NCBI GenBank assembly: GCA_038330145.1
Contig: JBBQNR010000005.1
Span: forward strand, 1,430-65,429
Direction: 5' to 3'
DNA: 64,000 bases
Origin: Solirubrobacterales bacterium
GTDB taxonomy: Bacteria > Actinomycetota > Thermoleophilia > Solirubrobacterales > JBBDJG01
The notes under the pieces are model-generated. The model did no database searches. It was not told where the DNA came from and was given only the letters and a program-made list of their open reading frames with translations. The position numbers and the translations under genes are program-made. The stretch's first letter is position 1. The number at the start of each line of letters is the position of its first letter. Positions 62,620 through 64,000 of the stretch are shown here, piece after piece.

Positions 62620-63284
62620 AGCAGGCCGTCATTTCCTTAGACGGAAATGACGGGTGCACCGAGGGCTCTATCCCCTTAGACGGAAATGACGGGTGCACCG
62701 AGGGCTCTATTTCGCAGCCGGTCTTTTACTACGACCTCGGCTCGCCGTTTTCGTGGCTGGCGGCTGAGCGGGTGAGCTCGACGCTGCCGGTGCCGCCTCG
62801 CTGGCAGCCGGTGCTGCTGGGAGGATTGTTCAAGATCCACGACCGTGGCTCCTGGGGGGAGACGGACGAGCGCGAGGCGGGCATGGCGGAGGTCGAGCGG
62901 CGCGCGCGAGAGCGCGGCCTGCCACCGCTGCGCTGGCCGGACCCCTGGCCGGGGAACATGCTGTTCGCGATGCGCGCGGCCACCTACACGGCCCAGATCG
63001 GCCGCGCGGTGGCCTTTTCCCTGGCGGCCTTCAGGCAGGCGTTCGTGGGCGGCCGGGATCTCGGCGACCCCGACCACGTGATAATCGCCGCCGCGGCCTG
63101 CGAGCTGCACCCGCGGGCGCTGCAGAAGGCGGTCGAGAGCCGTGCCGTCAAGGACGCGCTGCGGTCGGCGACCGAGCAGGCGGCGGAGCGAGGGGTGACC
63201 GGGGTGCCGACGGTGGCGGTCGGCGATCGCCTGTTCTGGGGCGACGACAGGCTCGAGCAGGCGGCCGCGGCACTGCGGGACTGA
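62601..63284 (+). CDS. DsbA-like thioredoxin-fold protein (2-hydroxychromene-2-carboxylate isomerase family); start uncertain
   Basis: ORF track, 227 aa from the TTG at 62601. The family-typical N-terminus begins at 'VFYYDLGSPFSWLAAERV', so the true start may be the ATT at 62709. No ATG, GTG or TTG lies in frame between 62604 and that motif. C-terminal 'GVTGVPTVAVGDRLFWGDDRL'. Confidence 0.7.
   Translation: MGHPYLEQAVISLDGNDGCTEGSIPLDGNDGCTEGSISQPVFYYDLGSPFSWLAAERVSSTLPVPPRWQPVLLGGLFKIHDRGSWGETDEREAGMAEVERRARERGLPPLRWPDPWPGNMLFAMRAATYTAQIGRAVAFSLAAFRQAFVGGRDLGDPDHVIIAAAACELHPRALQKAVESRAVKDALRSATEQAAERGVTGVPTVAVGDRLFWGDDRLEQAAAALRD
62626..62653 (+). terminator. Hairpin 7 nt after the lpdA stop (possible terminator; no U-tract)
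   Basis: ccgtcatttcc-ttagac-ggaaatgacgg, a perfect 11-bp stem. The right arm and loop belong to the first unit of the 39-bp tandem repeat. Confidence 0.4.
62637..62714. repeat. 39-bp tandem duplication x2 at the lpdA / dsbA-like junction
   Basis: ttagacggaaatgacgggtgcaccgagggctctatcccc / ttagacggaaatgacgggtgcaccgagggctctatttcg. If translated, it is in frame with the downstream ORF ('LDGNDGCTEGSI' x2). Confidence 0.85.
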
Positions 63285-63380
63285 GCCGCGGCGCCCGTGA
63301 CGCCCGCAACCCTCACGGCCCGGGCCGGTTTGACGGTAATGTGAGTGGGGAGGCACCGACGAGGTGCAGCTCCCGAGCGC

Positions 63381-64000
63381 GTGGCCGACAGAACAGCCCA
63401 AACGAAGGAAGGTCAGTCAGGCCGCAAGCGGACGACGTCGTCCGTAGGCGCAGCCGACGGTGGCGGCGCTTCGCCCAAGCTGCCGGACAAGCAGACCGCG
63501 CTCGACATCCTCTGGAAGATGATGCTGATCCGGCGCTTCGAGGAGCGGGCGCAGGAGATGTACATGAAGGCCAAGGTCGGCGGCTTCCTTCACCTCGCCA
63601 TCGGCGAGGAGGCGACGATCGTCGGCACGACTTCGGTCATGCGCGCCGACGACTACCTGATCTCGACCTACCGTGAGCACGGCCAGGCGATAGCGCGCGG
63701 CACCGATCCAAAGGTCGTGATGGCCGAGCTGTTCGGGCGCGAGGGCGGGACCTCGCGCGGGCGGGGCGGCTCGATGCACCTTTTCGACCGCGAGCGGCGC
63801 TTCATGGGCGGCTACGGCATCGTCGGCGGCAACCTGCCGCTCGCGGCCGGCATGGCATTGGCCTCCGACTACAGGGGCGAGGACACGGTCACCGTCTGCA
63901 TGTTCGGCGACGGCGCCTCGAACCAGGGCACGTTCGGCGAGACGATGAACATCGCCGCCCTCTGGAAGCTGCCTGTGGTCTTCCTCGTCGTCAACAACCA
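63381..64000 (+). CDS. pdhA: Pyruvate/2-oxoacid dehydrogenase E1 component alpha subunit (N-terminal part; runs off the window)
   Basis: My own translation; the ORF is open-ended, so it is not in the ORF track. '..LDILWKMMLIRRFEERAQEMY..GFLHLAIGEEA..YREHG..GRGGSMHLF..GIVGGNLPLAAG..MFGDGASNQG..LPVVFLVVNN'. The start could be the GTG at 63381 or at 63345. Confidence 0.85.
   Translation, partial: MADRTAQTKEGQSGRKRTTSSVGAADGGGASPKLPDKQTALDILWKMMLIRRFEERAQEMYMKAKVGGFLHLAIGEEATIVGTTSVMRADDYLISTYREHGQAIARGTDPKVVMAELFGREGGTSRGRGGSMHLFDRERRFMGGYGIVGGNLPLAAGMALASDYRGEDTVTVCMFGDGASNQGTFGETMNIAALWKLPVVFLVVNN

Overview
This is a very GC-rich (about 70% by eye, not computed), gene-dense chromosomal segment. 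It looks like core genome of a high-GC Gram-positive (Actinobacteria-type) organism, based on a dnaK-grpE-dnaJ-hspR-clpB operon, an ino1 / CDP-alcohol phosphatidyltransferase cluster, and frequent GTG/TTG starts with 4-8 nt gene overlaps. I call about 55 CDS, one tRNA-Lys(UUU), one TPP riboswitch and several small repeats.

Gene blocks:
- 1-6 kb: polysaccharide-type genes (ABC exporter, a GH-like+GT2+membrane fusion, a divergent GT-B glycosyltransferase).
- 6-13.7 kb: two large secreted enzymes (S8 protease with FG-GAP repeats; metallophosphoesterase).
- 13.8-19.7 kb: HEAT-repeat protein, two HD-GYP c-di-GMP proteins and a type IB topoisomerase.
- 21.7-32.8 kb: purD-E-B-C-S-Q-L-F-N-H on the minus strand.
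- 34.4-41.2 kb: heat-shock operon.
- 42.1-48.6 kb: inositol-lipid-type cluster.
- 56-64 kb: argF, TPP riboswitch-thiOSG, thiE, lpdA, pdhA.

I saw no CRISPR array, transposase, integrase or recognisable defence system, and most of the window is ordinary housekeeping.

Most noteworthy observations:
- A 214-aa six-cysteine C-terminal module is shared gap-free by the two unrelated secreted enzymes. A third, frameshifted copy lies 6 kb away.
- A 57-bp CTAG-flanked inverted-repeat miniature element occurs three times, each time abutting a stop codon.
- A GT4::PHP-phosphoesterase fusion sits next to ino1 and a PIP-synthase-like gene.
- There are several in-frame or intergenic tandem duplications (grpE, the lpdA/dsbA-like junction, downstream of thiG).
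- A zinc-ribbon membrane protein has a probable ATT start codon.

All functional calls rest on motif recognition by eye. No database search was run.
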